Origin: Burkholderiales bacterium
GTDB taxonomy: Bacteria; Pseudomonadota; Gammaproteobacteria; Burkholderiales; SG8-41
Direction of reading: 5' to 3'
NCBI GenBank assembly: GCA_035649495.1
Contig: DASRJL010000147.1
Span: 8,479-72,478 of the forward strand
Length of the DNA stretch: 64,000 bases
The translations under genes and the position numbers were made by a program. The notes below the pieces were generated by a model. That model saw only the letters and a list, made by a program, of their open reading frames with translations, made no database searches and was not told the DNA's origin. Below, in pieces: positions 36,920 through 45,453 of this stretch (the first letter of the stretch is position 1; every line of letters begins with the position of its first letter).

Positions 36920-37240
36920 ATCTCGAAAAGACCCGTTTCCTATGCAAGGTGGAGGGTTGACTACATCAATGGTATGCCGACGCTTGCGGGAACCGCCAGG
37001 GTTGTGTGATTCATCACACGTCCTGATTCAACGCATCAAGTGGTGTGAATTACGGATTCCAAGTCCCACGCGTTCTCCGGCAAGTGCTGGCGACGCTTGT
37101 ATCGTCGCCATCCGACACCCCGAACTTGATGGCACTGATTTCGTGGGACACCGAAGATGGAAAGTCGTCCCGGGACTCGCCGGGACTCGCGGATGTCTTA
37201 GACGGTCGTTCATGAGATAGCTTCTGGAAGCTCAATTCCC
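36920..37240 (+). repeat. conserved non-coding element, copy B (paralogous to 11283-11589)
   Basis: Co-linear with copy A. Contains a 12-nt tandem duplication (GGGACTCGCC GGGACTCGCG) that copy A lacks. Confidence 0.9.
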
Positions 37241-37255
37241 GGATGGGTGATTGAA

Positions 37256-37732
37256 ATGAGCCAATCGGAATCGAAGTGGAAGTTTCACGGCGTGCGGGTC
37301 GTGCATGCGAACGAGCTCGACCCGAACACGGCGCAGACGCCGGGGATGAATCGCGCGGCGGCGATTACTCATGCGCGCGCAGGGGCGGAGAAGCTGTGGG
37401 CCGGCACCGTGGTGATCCATCCCAAGGCAAAGACCGGCGCGCACCACCACGGCCCGGTGGAAAGCGTGATCTACGTCGTGAGCGGCCGCGCGCGGATGCG
37501 CTGGGGCGACAAGCTCGAATTCGTGGCCGAGGCCGGACCCGGCGATTTCATCTACGTGCCCCCGTACGTGCCGCACCAGGAGATCAACGCGAACGACGAC
37601 GAGCCGCTCTCGTGCGTGCTGGTGCGAAGCGGCCAGGAGCCGGTGGTGGTCAACCTCGACATCCCGGTGGTGGAGAGGCCCGAGGAGGTGCACTGGGTGG
37701 ACAACATCCATCCGGCGCCCAAACCACAGTGA
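37256..37732 (+). CDS. cupin-domain protein
   Basis: KTGAHHHGPVESVIYVVSGRARMRWG...GPGDFIYVPPYVPHQEIN. Start is ATG 37256 (alternative GTG 37247). Confidence 0.8.
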   Translation: MSQSESKWKFHGVRVVHANELDPNTAQTPGMNRAAAITHARAGAEKLWAGTVVIHPKAKTGAHHHGPVESVIYVVSGRARMRWGDKLEFVAEAGPGDFIYVPPYVPHQEINANDDEPLSCVLVRSGQEPVVVNLDIPVVERPEEVHWVDNIHPAPKPQ

Positions 37733-37748
37733 CCGGGCGCGTCGAGGG

Positions 37749-37780
37749 GCGGAGCAGGGGCCCCGGTTTCCGGGGATGCG
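37749..37780. repeat. 32-nt repeat with CCCCGG-TTT-CCGGGG hairpin (identical to 48493-48524)
   Basis: GCGGAGCAGGGGCCCCGGTTTCCGGGGATGCG, 17 nt after the cupin stop codon. Confidence 0.9.
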
Positions 37781-37855
37781 ACCCCCGGTGACGCGTGGGG
37801 CGGCCGACCATGATGTCTCCGATTTTCGTGTTGCCTTGGCAGAGGCCGCCGTCCA

Positions 37856-38314
37856 GTGACTGGTATAGAGCAAACTGGTGAGCGGTGTGTGACGGGACCG
37901 GTCACGGGTCACGAGTCACGAGTCACGCCCTCCGGATTTTCTCTGTTCCCTCGACACCGTGTCCTGCGCATTGCGGCGGTGATCTGGTTGGTGCTGGCTG
38001 CGGCACTGCTCGTCGTGATGCTGCTGCGGCCCGAGATGCAGGCAGGCGAGCGACGGGCCCTTTCCGTACTGATGCCGCTCTACTTCATGAGTTTGCCGCT
38101 GGGTCATGCCGGGCTGCTGGCGGTCGGCAGGCTGAAGGTGGAGCTTTATTGGAACAACGAGTTCGTGCCCGCGGTTTTTACCGAGGGCATGGTGCTGTGG
38201 ATCCTGCTGATGCTGCTGGGTTACGTGCAATGGTTTCTTCTGCTGCCAATGATCTCCGGGAGGATCCGCCGGCTGGGACACGCGTACTCCGCCTGGAGGG
38301 TCTCGGCAAAGTAG
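37856..38314 (+). CDS. hypothetical membrane protein
   Basis: Three hydrophobic segments (IAAVIWLVLAAALLVVMLL, LSVLMPLYFMSLPLGHAGLLAV, MVLWILLMLLGYVQWFLLLPMI). The start is uncertain because the 5' end overlaps a heptamer array. Confidence 0.45.
   Translation: MTGIEQTGERCVTGPVTGHESRVTPSGFSLFPRHRVLRIAAVIWLVLAAALLVVMLLRPEMQAGERRALSVLMPLYFMSLPLGHAGLLAVGRLKVELYWNNEFVPAVFTEGMVLWILLMLLGYVQWFLLLPMISGRIRRLGHAYSAWRVSAK
37899..37926 (-). repeat. GTGAC-N2 tandem heptamer array (reverse orientation)
   Basis: CGGTCAC GGGTCAC GAGTCAC GAGTCAC. Confidence 0.9.
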
Positions 38315-38347
38315 TGCGGTTTCAGAAATTTAGCAAAGGAGAGCTTT

Positions 38348-38758
38348 ATGGGAGCCAGAATCAGACACATCGCCATCGCCACGCAGGATCCCGACAAGGT
38401 CGCGAGCTTCTTCAAGCAGGCTTTCGGGCTGCAGCAGGTCGGGGTGGCCAACTCGGACCTTGCTACCGGCTATTTCCTGACCGACGGCTACTTGAACCTC
38501 GCCATTCTCAAGTTCAAGAACGACTACGCCGCGTATACGGAAGGGGGACCACGTTACGAGGGTCTGCACCACATCGGCTTCAAGGTCGACAGCCTTGAAG
38601 AAGCGCGCAAGCAGGTAGAGGGCGCCGGAGGGTCGTTCAAACCCATGGGCGGCAAGACGACCGGCCAGGGACTGGTCGACGCCGAGGTGAAATTCTATCT
38701 GCCGAACGAGGTGCGGATCGACATCTCGGAAAAGGGGTGGATGACCCTCACCATGTGA
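38348..38758 (+). CDS. VOC (glyoxalase) family protein
   Basis: AAGGAG RBS. IRHIAIATQDPDKVASFFKQAFGL...GLHHIGFKVDSLEEA. Confidence 0.8.
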   Translation: MGARIRHIAIATQDPDKVASFFKQAFGLQQVGVANSDLATGYFLTDGYLNLAILKFKNDYAAYTEGGPRYEGLHHIGFKVDSLEEARKQVEGAGGSFKPMGGKTTGQGLVDAEVKFYLPNEVRIDISEKGWMTLTM

Positions 38759-38878
38759 CGGCTGCGCGAACGCTCGCCGCGATCGTCAAACATTGTCCCC
38801 TCCTGCCATCGCGCGCGTCGCTGGCTTGCTCGCGCGGGTGATCGGGACACGTTGGGTGAAACAGACACGGTTCGACTT

Positions 38879-39130
38879 ATGACTACTCAAAAGATCGTGG
38901 GCGGCACGGCGCATAAACTGCCGGCAGACTTCCGGAAAGCCATCGAGTCCAACGCCGCTGCGAAGAGCGTCTGGACCGATATCACCCCTCTGGCGCGAAA
39001 CGAGTGGATCTGTTGGGTGACATCTGCCAAGAAAGAAGAGACTAGAAAACGCCGCATCGAGGTCGGCATCGATAAGCTGCGCGGAGGCATGCGTAGGCCG
39101 TGCTGTTGGCCCGGATGCCCGCACCGCTGA
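38879..39130 (+). CDS. YdeI/OmpD-associated family protein
   Basis: LPADFRKAIESNAAAKSVWTDITPLARNEWICWVTSAKKEETRKRRIEVGIDKL. Confidence 0.65.
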   Translation: MTTQKIVGGTAHKLPADFRKAIESNAAAKSVWTDITPLARNEWICWVTSAKKEETRKRRIEVGIDKLRGGMRRPCCWPGCPHR

Positions 39131-39266
39131 GGACTGGGACGGATGAACCTATGCGAACGCCGCCTGACCATGCGCTGCAGCGAACCCGGCCATCGCGTTC
39201 CGGTTGCAATCCACGCCTCCCGCGAGCCGGGTCGCTGAGCTTGGGGCGTTAGGTACTGGGAAGAGA

Positions 39267-39581
39267 ATGGCGGAATACTCGAAGAAAGAGCGCGTCGAAC
39301 TGCGCCGCCTTGCATCGCAGGCGTACGAGCGCGAGCTCGGAAGCCATCTTGCGGAATTGGACAAATCGTTCTCCGAATGGCGCAACGGAACACTATCGAG
39401 TTCAGATCTGTCGCAAAAGATCCACGAGTTTCACCAGCATGCGGCGCGAGACGTTTGGTCGATGTACCAAACACCGCACGAGGCGATGCTGGTTACTCGG
39501 GCGCTCGAGTTGGGTATCCTTCGAGACGCTGAAGTGCCGGCAACGCTCCGGGAAAAACTGAAGGCGAAAGCGGTTTTCTGA
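39267..39581 (+). CDS. hypothetical protein
   Basis: 104-aa ORF from ATG 39267 with balanced, helical-looking composition. No family recognised. Confidence 0.4.
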   Translation: MAEYSKKERVELRRLASQAYERELGSHLAELDKSFSEWRNGTLSSSDLSQKIHEFHQHAARDVWSMYQTPHEAMLVTRALELGILRDAEVPATLREKLKAKAVF

Positions 39582-40080
39582 TGTCTCCGGCCAAACTTCC
39601 TAGCCTCGACAGGGGCGGGTGGTCGGGGGCGGGCTCGTGGGCCCACTCCAAAAGAAGGTAGGGACGTGCGGAAAGCCACCGTCCTGCTGTTCTCGATCGA
39701 CTGTGGCTGATTGACAATTCCTCGCGCATGGGTTGGGCGTGGGCTCGGCGACCGTGGAGGCGTCCGAGCAGTCGCAGACCGGCTCGGGAATTCGGGCGAG
39801 CACTGTCGAACCACACAGATGCAGCCATTGGCACAACCTATACGCGTAGACGGCGCGAACAAGAACGACGGCAGTGCGTGAGTTGCGCAGACCGCCGAGC
39901 CGCCGAGCCGGTCGAGCAGCGCAGGATGAAACCGCAACGAGCTTGCGAGGCCGCGGCGCCGATTCGGGCGACGAGACCATGTCCAACCCGGGCGCTCCTT
40001 CTCTCCCATAACCGCAATTGCTCCTAGTCCGACCCGGGTCTATAGTGCCCTGACATCGAACGAAAGCGGGGGTTCAGGTT

Positions 40081-41136
40081 ATGGAATTCGGCATTTTCAA
40101 CCTGATGGGCGCGCGCGATCCGAGTACGTCGGCGGCGCAGGTATTCGGCGAGGTCGCCGAGCAGACGAAGCTGGCCGACGAGCTGGGGTATTCGATCGCG
40201 TGGTTCGCCGAGCATCATTTCTCGAACTACTGCCTGTGCGCATCGCCCCTGCTGATGGTGACGCACTGCGCGTCGATGACGAAGAAGATCCGGCTCGGCA
40301 CCGCCGTGGTCGTCGTGCCTTTGTACAACCCGGCGCGCCTGCTCGCCGAGATTGCCACGGCCGACGCCTTGTCGAACGGGCGGCTCGTGCTCGGGATCGG
40401 CGCCGGTTACCAGCCCTACGAATTCGAGCGCTTCGGCGTCGATCTCAAGCAGAACCTCGAGATGACGAACGAGTTCAGCGACATCCTCGACCTCGCTTTC
40501 AGCAGGGATTTTTTCAGCTACAACGGCAAGCACTACCGCATGCCGGAAACGCACATCCCGGCGCGGCCGGTGCAGAAGCCGCTGCCGATCTACGTCGCCG
40601 GTCATACGCAGGCGATGTTCCGCGCCGCCGCGCAGCACGGTTACCGGGTGCTGACGTCGGGACGGACCGGCGGCGCCAAGCTGCTGGCCGAGCAGTACGC
40701 CGATCTGGTTGCCGCGTTTGCCGCCGAGAACGTGCCGGTGTCCCGCGCGCATATGACCGTGAACCGCTTTGCCCACATCACCAATAGCCGCGACGAGGCG
40801 ATGCGCTTCGCGGAGAACGCGCGCTATCAGTCGCGGCTCGCGTCGAGCCTGAGGCGCCGGAAGGAGGTCATGCAGGGCACGGTTCTCGTCGACGTGCCGT
40901 TCCCCGACGAGCCGACGCTGGAGACCATCTGCGACAACCTGCTGATCGGCGACGTCGAGACGGTCGCGGAGAGGCTCGTCGGCGAGATCCATGCGGGCAA
41001 GCCCGTGCACGTGTGCTTTTCGTTCAAGGTCGGCAACACGCCGCACAAGGCCGCGATGCGCTCGATGGAGCTGATGATAGGCGAGGTCAAGCCGCGGGTC
41101 GAAAAGGCGCTCGGGCCGCTCGCGCAGGTCGCTTAG
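40081..41136 (+). CDS. LLM-class (luciferase-like) flavin-dependent oxidoreductase
   Basis: MEFGIFNLMG...LGYSIAWFAEHHFSNY...RLVLGIGAGY. Confidence 0.85.
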   Translation: MEFGIFNLMGARDPSTSAAQVFGEVAEQTKLADELGYSIAWFAEHHFSNYCLCASPLLMVTHCASMTKKIRLGTAVVVVPLYNPARLLAEIATADALSNGRLVLGIGAGYQPYEFERFGVDLKQNLEMTNEFSDILDLAFSRDFFSYNGKHYRMPETHIPARPVQKPLPIYVAGHTQAMFRAAAQHGYRVLTSGRTGGAKLLAEQYADLVAAFAAENVPVSRAHMTVNRFAHITNSRDEAMRFAENARYQSRLASSLRRRKEVMQGTVLVDVPFPDEPTLETICDNLLIGDVETVAERLVGEIHAGKPVHVCFSFKVGNTPHKAAMRSMELMIGEVKPRVEKALGPLAQVA

Positions 41137-41157
41137 ACTCACCCCTCGACACTCGTC

Positions 41158-42096
41158 ATGACCGTGCACGTCGGATACCTGCTGCCAACCCGCGAGTCGG
41201 TCATGGAGGGCCGCCCCCAGGCGGAGCCGCTGCTCAATCTTGCCGAGCGGGCGGAAGGGCTCGGCTACGATTCCGTCTGGGTAGGCGATTCCGTGCTCGC
41301 CCGCCCGCGCCACGAGCCGCTCACGCTGCTCGCCGGCGTCGCGGCAAGAACGAGGCACGTGAAGCTCGGCACGGCCGTGCTGCTGCCGGCGCTCCGCAAC
41401 CCCGTGCTGCTCGCTCATCAGGTCGCCACTCTCGACCAGGTGAGCTCGGGCCGGCTCATACTCGGCGTCGGCATCGCTACCGACGTTCCCAACATCCGCG
41501 CCGAGTTCCGCTCAGTGGGAGTGCCGTTCGAGAAGCGCGTCGGCACGTTGATGGAAGGCATGCGCCTCTGCAAGGCGCTGTGGGCCGGGAAACCGGTGGA
41601 CTGGGACGGCCGCTGGCACGTCGAGCAGGGCGTGATCGGACCGACGCCGCACCAGCCGGGCGGACCGCCTATCTGGGGCGGGGGCTCGGCTCCCGCTGCG
41701 CTCGAGCGGGCGGCGCGGCATTTCGACGGCTGGTTCCCGAACGGGCCCGATGCGAAGCGCTGGGGCGAGCAGTGGCGCCAGGTGCAGGCCATGGCGCGCG
41801 AGGCCGGGCGCAAGCCGGGGGCGCCGGAAGCGGCGCTCTACCTGACGCTCGCGGTCGACGAAAACGCGGCCAGGGCAGGTGAGCGAATGGACGATTTTCT
41901 GTCGGCGTATTACGGCCAACGCCCCGACGTCATGAAAAAGCGTCAGGCCTGCTTTTCGGGCCCGGCCGCGGCGGCGGCGGAATGGCTGAACGGCTACGTG
42001 CAGGAAGGCGCCGGCTACCTCGTCCTGCGCTTTGCCGGCGACCATGAACGCCACCTGGAAACCTTCGCGAAAGTCCGAGAGAAGTTAGGAAAATGA
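41158..42096 (+). CDS. LLM-class F420/flavin-dependent oxidoreductase
   Basis: LGYDSVWVGDSVLARPR...LGTAVLLPALRNPVLLAHQVATLDQVSSGRLILGVG. Confidence 0.85.
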   Translation: MTVHVGYLLPTRESVMEGRPQAEPLLNLAERAEGLGYDSVWVGDSVLARPRHEPLTLLAGVAARTRHVKLGTAVLLPALRNPVLLAHQVATLDQVSSGRLILGVGIATDVPNIRAEFRSVGVPFEKRVGTLMEGMRLCKALWAGKPVDWDGRWHVEQGVIGPTPHQPGGPPIWGGGSAPAALERAARHFDGWFPNGPDAKRWGEQWRQVQAMAREAGRKPGAPEAALYLTLAVDENAARAGERMDDFLSAYYGQRPDVMKKRQACFSGPAAAAAEWLNGYVQEGAGYLVLRFAGDHERHLETFAKVREKLGK

Positions 42097-42235
42097 ATGA
42101 GTCAGAGGGTTCGATCTTCGCCTGATCCAATTTGAGCGTCGCGCGTGCCAACAGCGGGGCGCAAATGCAGCGCTCCCTTTACCAAGAATCGACCTCCGGG
42201 TGCTATGGATCGAAAACCTGGAAAGGAGAAATGCC

Positions 42236-42700
42236 ATGAATAAGCCTCTGACCTCTGCTGAAGCCGTTGCGCAGCAGGATATGAAGCTGCTGAAATCGTT
42301 CCGCAGCACGACACCCTTTGCTCCCGGACGGCGGCCGTTCTTCAAGTACCGCGACCTGGGGCTCGAGGCCGCCACCGGCGGACGCATGCGCGCGTACCAG
42401 AACAACTCCATCGCCGGCATGACGGAGCCGACCGGCTGGCACTACCACACCTGCGAAATGCAGTTCGTCTACGTGCTGAAAGGGAAGCTCGTCATCGAGT
42501 TCGAGGACGGCACCGTGGGGACCTTCACCGCCGGCGATTCGTTCTTCATTCCCGGCGGCGTGCGCCACAACGAGATCTATGTCTCGGAGGACAAGGAAGC
42601 GCTCGAAGTCTCGGTGCCCGGCAAGATCGGGACGGTGAACTGCGAGCGGCCGGCAGATCTGCCGGAGAAATTGCGCGAAGTGAGCAACGAGCGGCCGTAA
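42236..42700 (+). CDS. cupin-domain protein
   Basis: ATG 42236 follows GGAAAGGAGAA. GWHYHTCEMQFVYVLKGKLVIEFEDG...AGDSFFIPGGVRHNE. Confidence 0.8.
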   Translation: MNKPLTSAEAVAQQDMKLLKSFRSTTPFAPGRRPFFKYRDLGLEAATGGRMRAYQNNSIAGMTEPTGWHYHTCEMQFVYVLKGKLVIEFEDGTVGTFTAGDSFFIPGGVRHNEIYVSEDKEALEVSVPGKIGTVNCERPADLPEKLREVSNERP

Positions 42701-42760
42701 AAACCGGAGACGACCCCAGGCTCGCGGTCAGGGGATGGCTTCGGCTGTCCCCGGTTTTTA
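42699..42760. repeat. 62-nt hairpin element, copy 1 (terminator-like)
   Basis: AAAAACCGGAGAC-N36-GTCCCCGGTTTTT, starting within the stop codon of the cupin gene. Confidence 0.85.
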
Positions 42761-42795
42761 CGAAGCTGCCCTGCCTTGCTTCGTTCGTTGGTTTT

Positions 42796-42857
42796 AAAAA
42801 CCGGGGACGACCCCCGGCTCGTGGCCAGAGGATCACCTGGCTGTCCCCGGTTTTTAC
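42796..42857. repeat. 62-nt hairpin element, copy 2 (terminator-like)
   Basis: AAAAACCGGGGAC-N36-GTCCCCGGTTTTT, 97 nt downstream of copy 1 and ending 2 nt before the stop of the convergent gene. Confidence 0.85.
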
Positions 42858-42859
42858 GT

Positions 42860-43993
42860 TCAGTGCAGGTTGTATAGTCTCGCGGCGTTGCCGACGAGGA
42901 CCTGCTTGCGCTCGGCGTCGGGCACGCCGTCGAAAGCGCGCGCGATCGCGCGGCGGCTTTCCGGCCAGGTGGACGTGCTCTGCGGAAAGTTCGTGCTCCA
43001 GAGAAGCTTGTCGACTCCGATGTGTTGACGGGTCTTCAGCCCCGTCGTATCGAACCATCCGGTGATGTGGCAACTGCGCTTGAAAAGCTGCGACGGCAAC
43101 AGGTCGTAGCCCTCGGTGTGCAGGCGCTGGCGCTCGAATTGATGGTCGGCCAGTTCCAGCTCGTAGGCGCCCCAGGCGAGCGACGTCTCGGCGAATATCA
43201 CCTTTAGTTTCGGAAAGCGCTCCAGGATGCGCGCATACAGAAAGTTCGCCATCACCAGCACCGCGCTCGCCGGGCGCGTGATCGCTTCCATCGTCGAGGT
43301 GATTTCCGGCGAGAACCCGGCATAGGGCGGGAACTCGATCTCGCGCGTCACGCCCGAGTGGAAGCACACGGGCACGTTGAGCTCCTGGCACGTCGCCCAC
43401 AGCGGATCGTAAACGGGCTCGTTGATGTGCGGCACGTCGCGCAGCATCATCGGCACCGAGGGCATGACCACGCCACGGTGTCCCTTGCCCACCGCGCGCC
43501 TGATCTCGGCCGCCATGGCGTCGATCGGCGCCAGCGGGACGATGCACTGCGGGATGAAGCGCTTGCTGACCGAGGCCCATTCCTCGATCAGAAAATCGTT
43601 GTACGCCTGCACGCAAGCCAACTCGAGCTCCGGATCCGTGAGCCGGCCGAAGGTCTCGCCCGCCCGTCCCGCGATGGACGGATACAGGACGGAATAATCC
43701 ACGCCATCCACATCCATCGCCGCCAGGCGCTCGCGGGGCGTATAGGCGACGCTGGGCACTTCCTCCCAGCGCTGCGGCTCCCGGGCGCGGTCGGCCATGG
43801 CCGCGCCAGCGATTGCCACGCTCGCCAGATCGATCTTCTTCCCGTCAACCACCCAGCGCTCGGTGCCATCGGGCTGACGCTCGATGTGCGGGATGCGCTC
43901 GCCCCACTTCGCCTTCGACATGCGCTTCGTCCAGACCTCCGGGTGCTCCTGGACGTGATCGTCGGCGCTGATGAATCCGTATTTGAGTTCCAT
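42860..43993 (-). CDS. amidohydrolase-2 family protein (ACMSD/LigW-like metal-dependent hydrolase or decarboxylase)
   Basis: MELKYGFISADDHVQE...ACVQAYNDFLIEEW...GHRGVVMP. 377 aa. Confidence 0.8.
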   Translation of the reverse strand: MELKYGFISADDHVQEHPEVWTKRMSKAKWGERIPHIERQPDGTERWVVDGKKIDLASVAIAGAAMADRAREPQRWEEVPSVAYTPRERLAAMDVDGVDYSVLYPSIAGRAGETFGRLTDPELELACVQAYNDFLIEEWASVSKRFIPQCIVPLAPIDAMAAEIRRAVGKGHRGVVMPSVPMMLRDVPHINEPVYDPLWATCQELNVPVCFHSGVTREIEFPPYAGFSPEITSTMEAITRPASAVLVMANFLYARILERFPKLKVIFAETSLAWGAYELELADHQFERQRLHTEGYDLLPSQLFKRSCHITGWFDTTGLKTRQHIGVDKLLWSTNFPQSTSTWPESRRAIARAFDGVPDAERKQVLVGNAARLYNLH

Positions 43994-44026
43994 GTGTTTG
44001 TGCCAGGCCTTGATGGAAGAGAGCGA

Positions 44027-44090
44027 CAGAACTCACAGAGAACACAGAGAAAGGCGCCGCGCGCGCGCTTCCTCTGTGGTCTGCGTGTCC
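44027..44090. repeat. CACAGAG-word inverted repeat
   Basis: CACAGAGAACACAGAGAAAGG-(GC-rich loop)-CTTCCTCTGTGGTCTGCGTG between two same-strand amidohydrolase genes. Confidence 0.8.
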
Positions 44091-44109
44091 TATCGGGTTT
44101 CGACGGGTA

Positions 44110-45276
44110 TCAGTTGAGCCCGTAGGTGCGCACCGCGTTGCCGTAGCACAGCTGCTTGCGCTCGGCATCGGGCACGCCCTTCAGGCAACGCTCGACGAAA
44201 TCCTTGGACTCGGGAAAGGTCGACGTGGAATGCGGGAAGTCCGATTCCCACATGATGTTGTCCAGGCCGATCTCGTGGCGCAGCTCGATGCCCGCGCGCT
44301 CGAACCAGAAATTCATGCTCATCTGGCGCTTGAAGAGCTCGGAGGGCCGCGTCTTGAGACCCTGCGTCCACAAGTGGCGGCGTTCCCATTCGTGATCGCA
44401 GACCTCCAGCATGTAGGGTACCCAGCCGATGCCCGTCTCCGCGCACACCCAGCGCGATTTCGGGAACCGGTCGAGCACGCCGGAGAAGATGAGGTTCGGC
44501 ACGAACTGCGCCTGGACCGAGAACCCGCCGGCCGGCCCCATCGCCTGTCCCTGGTTGGGGGTGTAGCCCTTCCAGCGCGGAACCCTGATGGCTATGCCCG
44601 CGCCCGCGTGCCAATGGATGGGCACGCTGAGATCCTGGCAGGTCGCCCACAGCGGATCCCACCACGGATCGTTGAAGTGCTTGAGGCCCTTCTTCACCAT
44701 GCTTGGCTCCGCCAGCATGACGATGCCGCGATGGCCTTTCTTGACGGCGCGTCGCACTTCCTCCGTCATGGACTCGATCGTGCCCAGGTACGGAATGAGT
44801 GCGAGCGGGATATAGCGATCGCTGTGCTGGCGCCACTCGGCCAGCGCGTCGTTGTAGGCCTGCACGCAGGCGAGTTCGAACTCGGCGTCGCCCTGGAAGA
44901 ACGTAGCGCTCTGCACCGGGTCGTTGGGGAACAGCACTTCGCCGTCGACGCCGTCGTTGTCGAGGCCCTTCAGGCGCTCGGCCGGGTCGTAGACGATCGA
45001 CGGCACTTCGTCCCAGCGCTGCGGAAAGGTCTTGCGCAGGGGATCGCCCATCACGGTGGGACAGTTCACGGTGCCGCGTTCTCCCACCACCTTGCCGTTC
45101 ACGAACCAGCGCTCGACCGGCTTGTCGGCGGCGCGGATCATGTGCTCCTTGTCGGTCGTCTCGCGGAGCTGGGGAATCTTGTCGCCCCACTTCGCCTTCG
45201 ACATGCGGCTCGTCCACGTGTCCTTGTCCAACTGCGCGTGCGAATCGCAACTGATGAGCCCGTACTGGATCTTCAT
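44110..45276 (-). CDS. amidohydrolase-2 family protein, tandem paralog of 42860-43993
   Basis: AAGGAGG RBS. MKIQYGLISCDSHAQ...ACVQAYNDALAEW...GHRGIVML. Confidence 0.8.
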   Translation of the reverse strand: MKIQYGLISCDSHAQLDKDTWTSRMSKAKWGDKIPQLRETTDKEHMIRAADKPVERWFVNGKVVGERGTVNCPTVMGDPLRKTFPQRWDEVPSIVYDPAERLKGLDNDGVDGEVLFPNDPVQSATFFQGDAEFELACVQAYNDALAEWRQHSDRYIPLALIPYLGTIESMTEEVRRAVKKGHRGIVMLAEPSMVKKGLKHFNDPWWDPLWATCQDLSVPIHWHAGAGIAIRVPRWKGYTPNQGQAMGPAGGFSVQAQFVPNLIFSGVLDRFPKSRWVCAETGIGWVPYMLEVCDHEWERRHLWTQGLKTRPSELFKRQMSMNFWFERAGIELRHEIGLDNIMWESDFPHSTSTFPESKDFVERCLKGVPDAERKQLCYGNAVRTYGLN

Positions 45277-45424
45277 GATCTGGACCTCCTTACCATTGAG
45301 TTGAGCAAGTATAAGCCTGCGCCGGCCACCGGCAAAACGGAATTCCCTATGTCAGGCGGCCCGCTGGAGACGTTACCTGGCAGTCCACATTACGTGCAAA
45401 AGGACCCGGTCAGTTGGGCGGTCC

Positions 45425-45452
45425 CGGTCACCGGTCACTGGTCACTGGTCAC
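45425..45452 (-). repeat. GTGAC-N2 tandem heptamer array
   Basis: The minus strand reads TAA-A-GTGACCA GTGACCA GTGACCG GTGACCG, immediately after the stop of the TctC gene. Confidence 0.9.
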
Positions 45453-45453
45453 T

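Noticed and set aside
36942-37220. 92-aa ORF (and 61-aa minus-strand ORFs at 37028-37213 and 11376-11561) inside the conserved 300-nt element, as possible small-protein genes.
   Set aside because: The frame is not preserved between the two copies: copy A has a 1-nt indel and an in-frame TGA. The differences are mostly non-synonymous, and the Cys/Arg/Trp-rich composition is not protein-like.
39431-40009. 192-aa and 128-aa minus-strand ORFs and a 99-aa plus-strand ORF in the gene-poor stretch.
   Set aside because: All are Arg/Pro/Ser-rich with no motifs or RBS. I treat the stretch as non-coding pending a BLASTX check.
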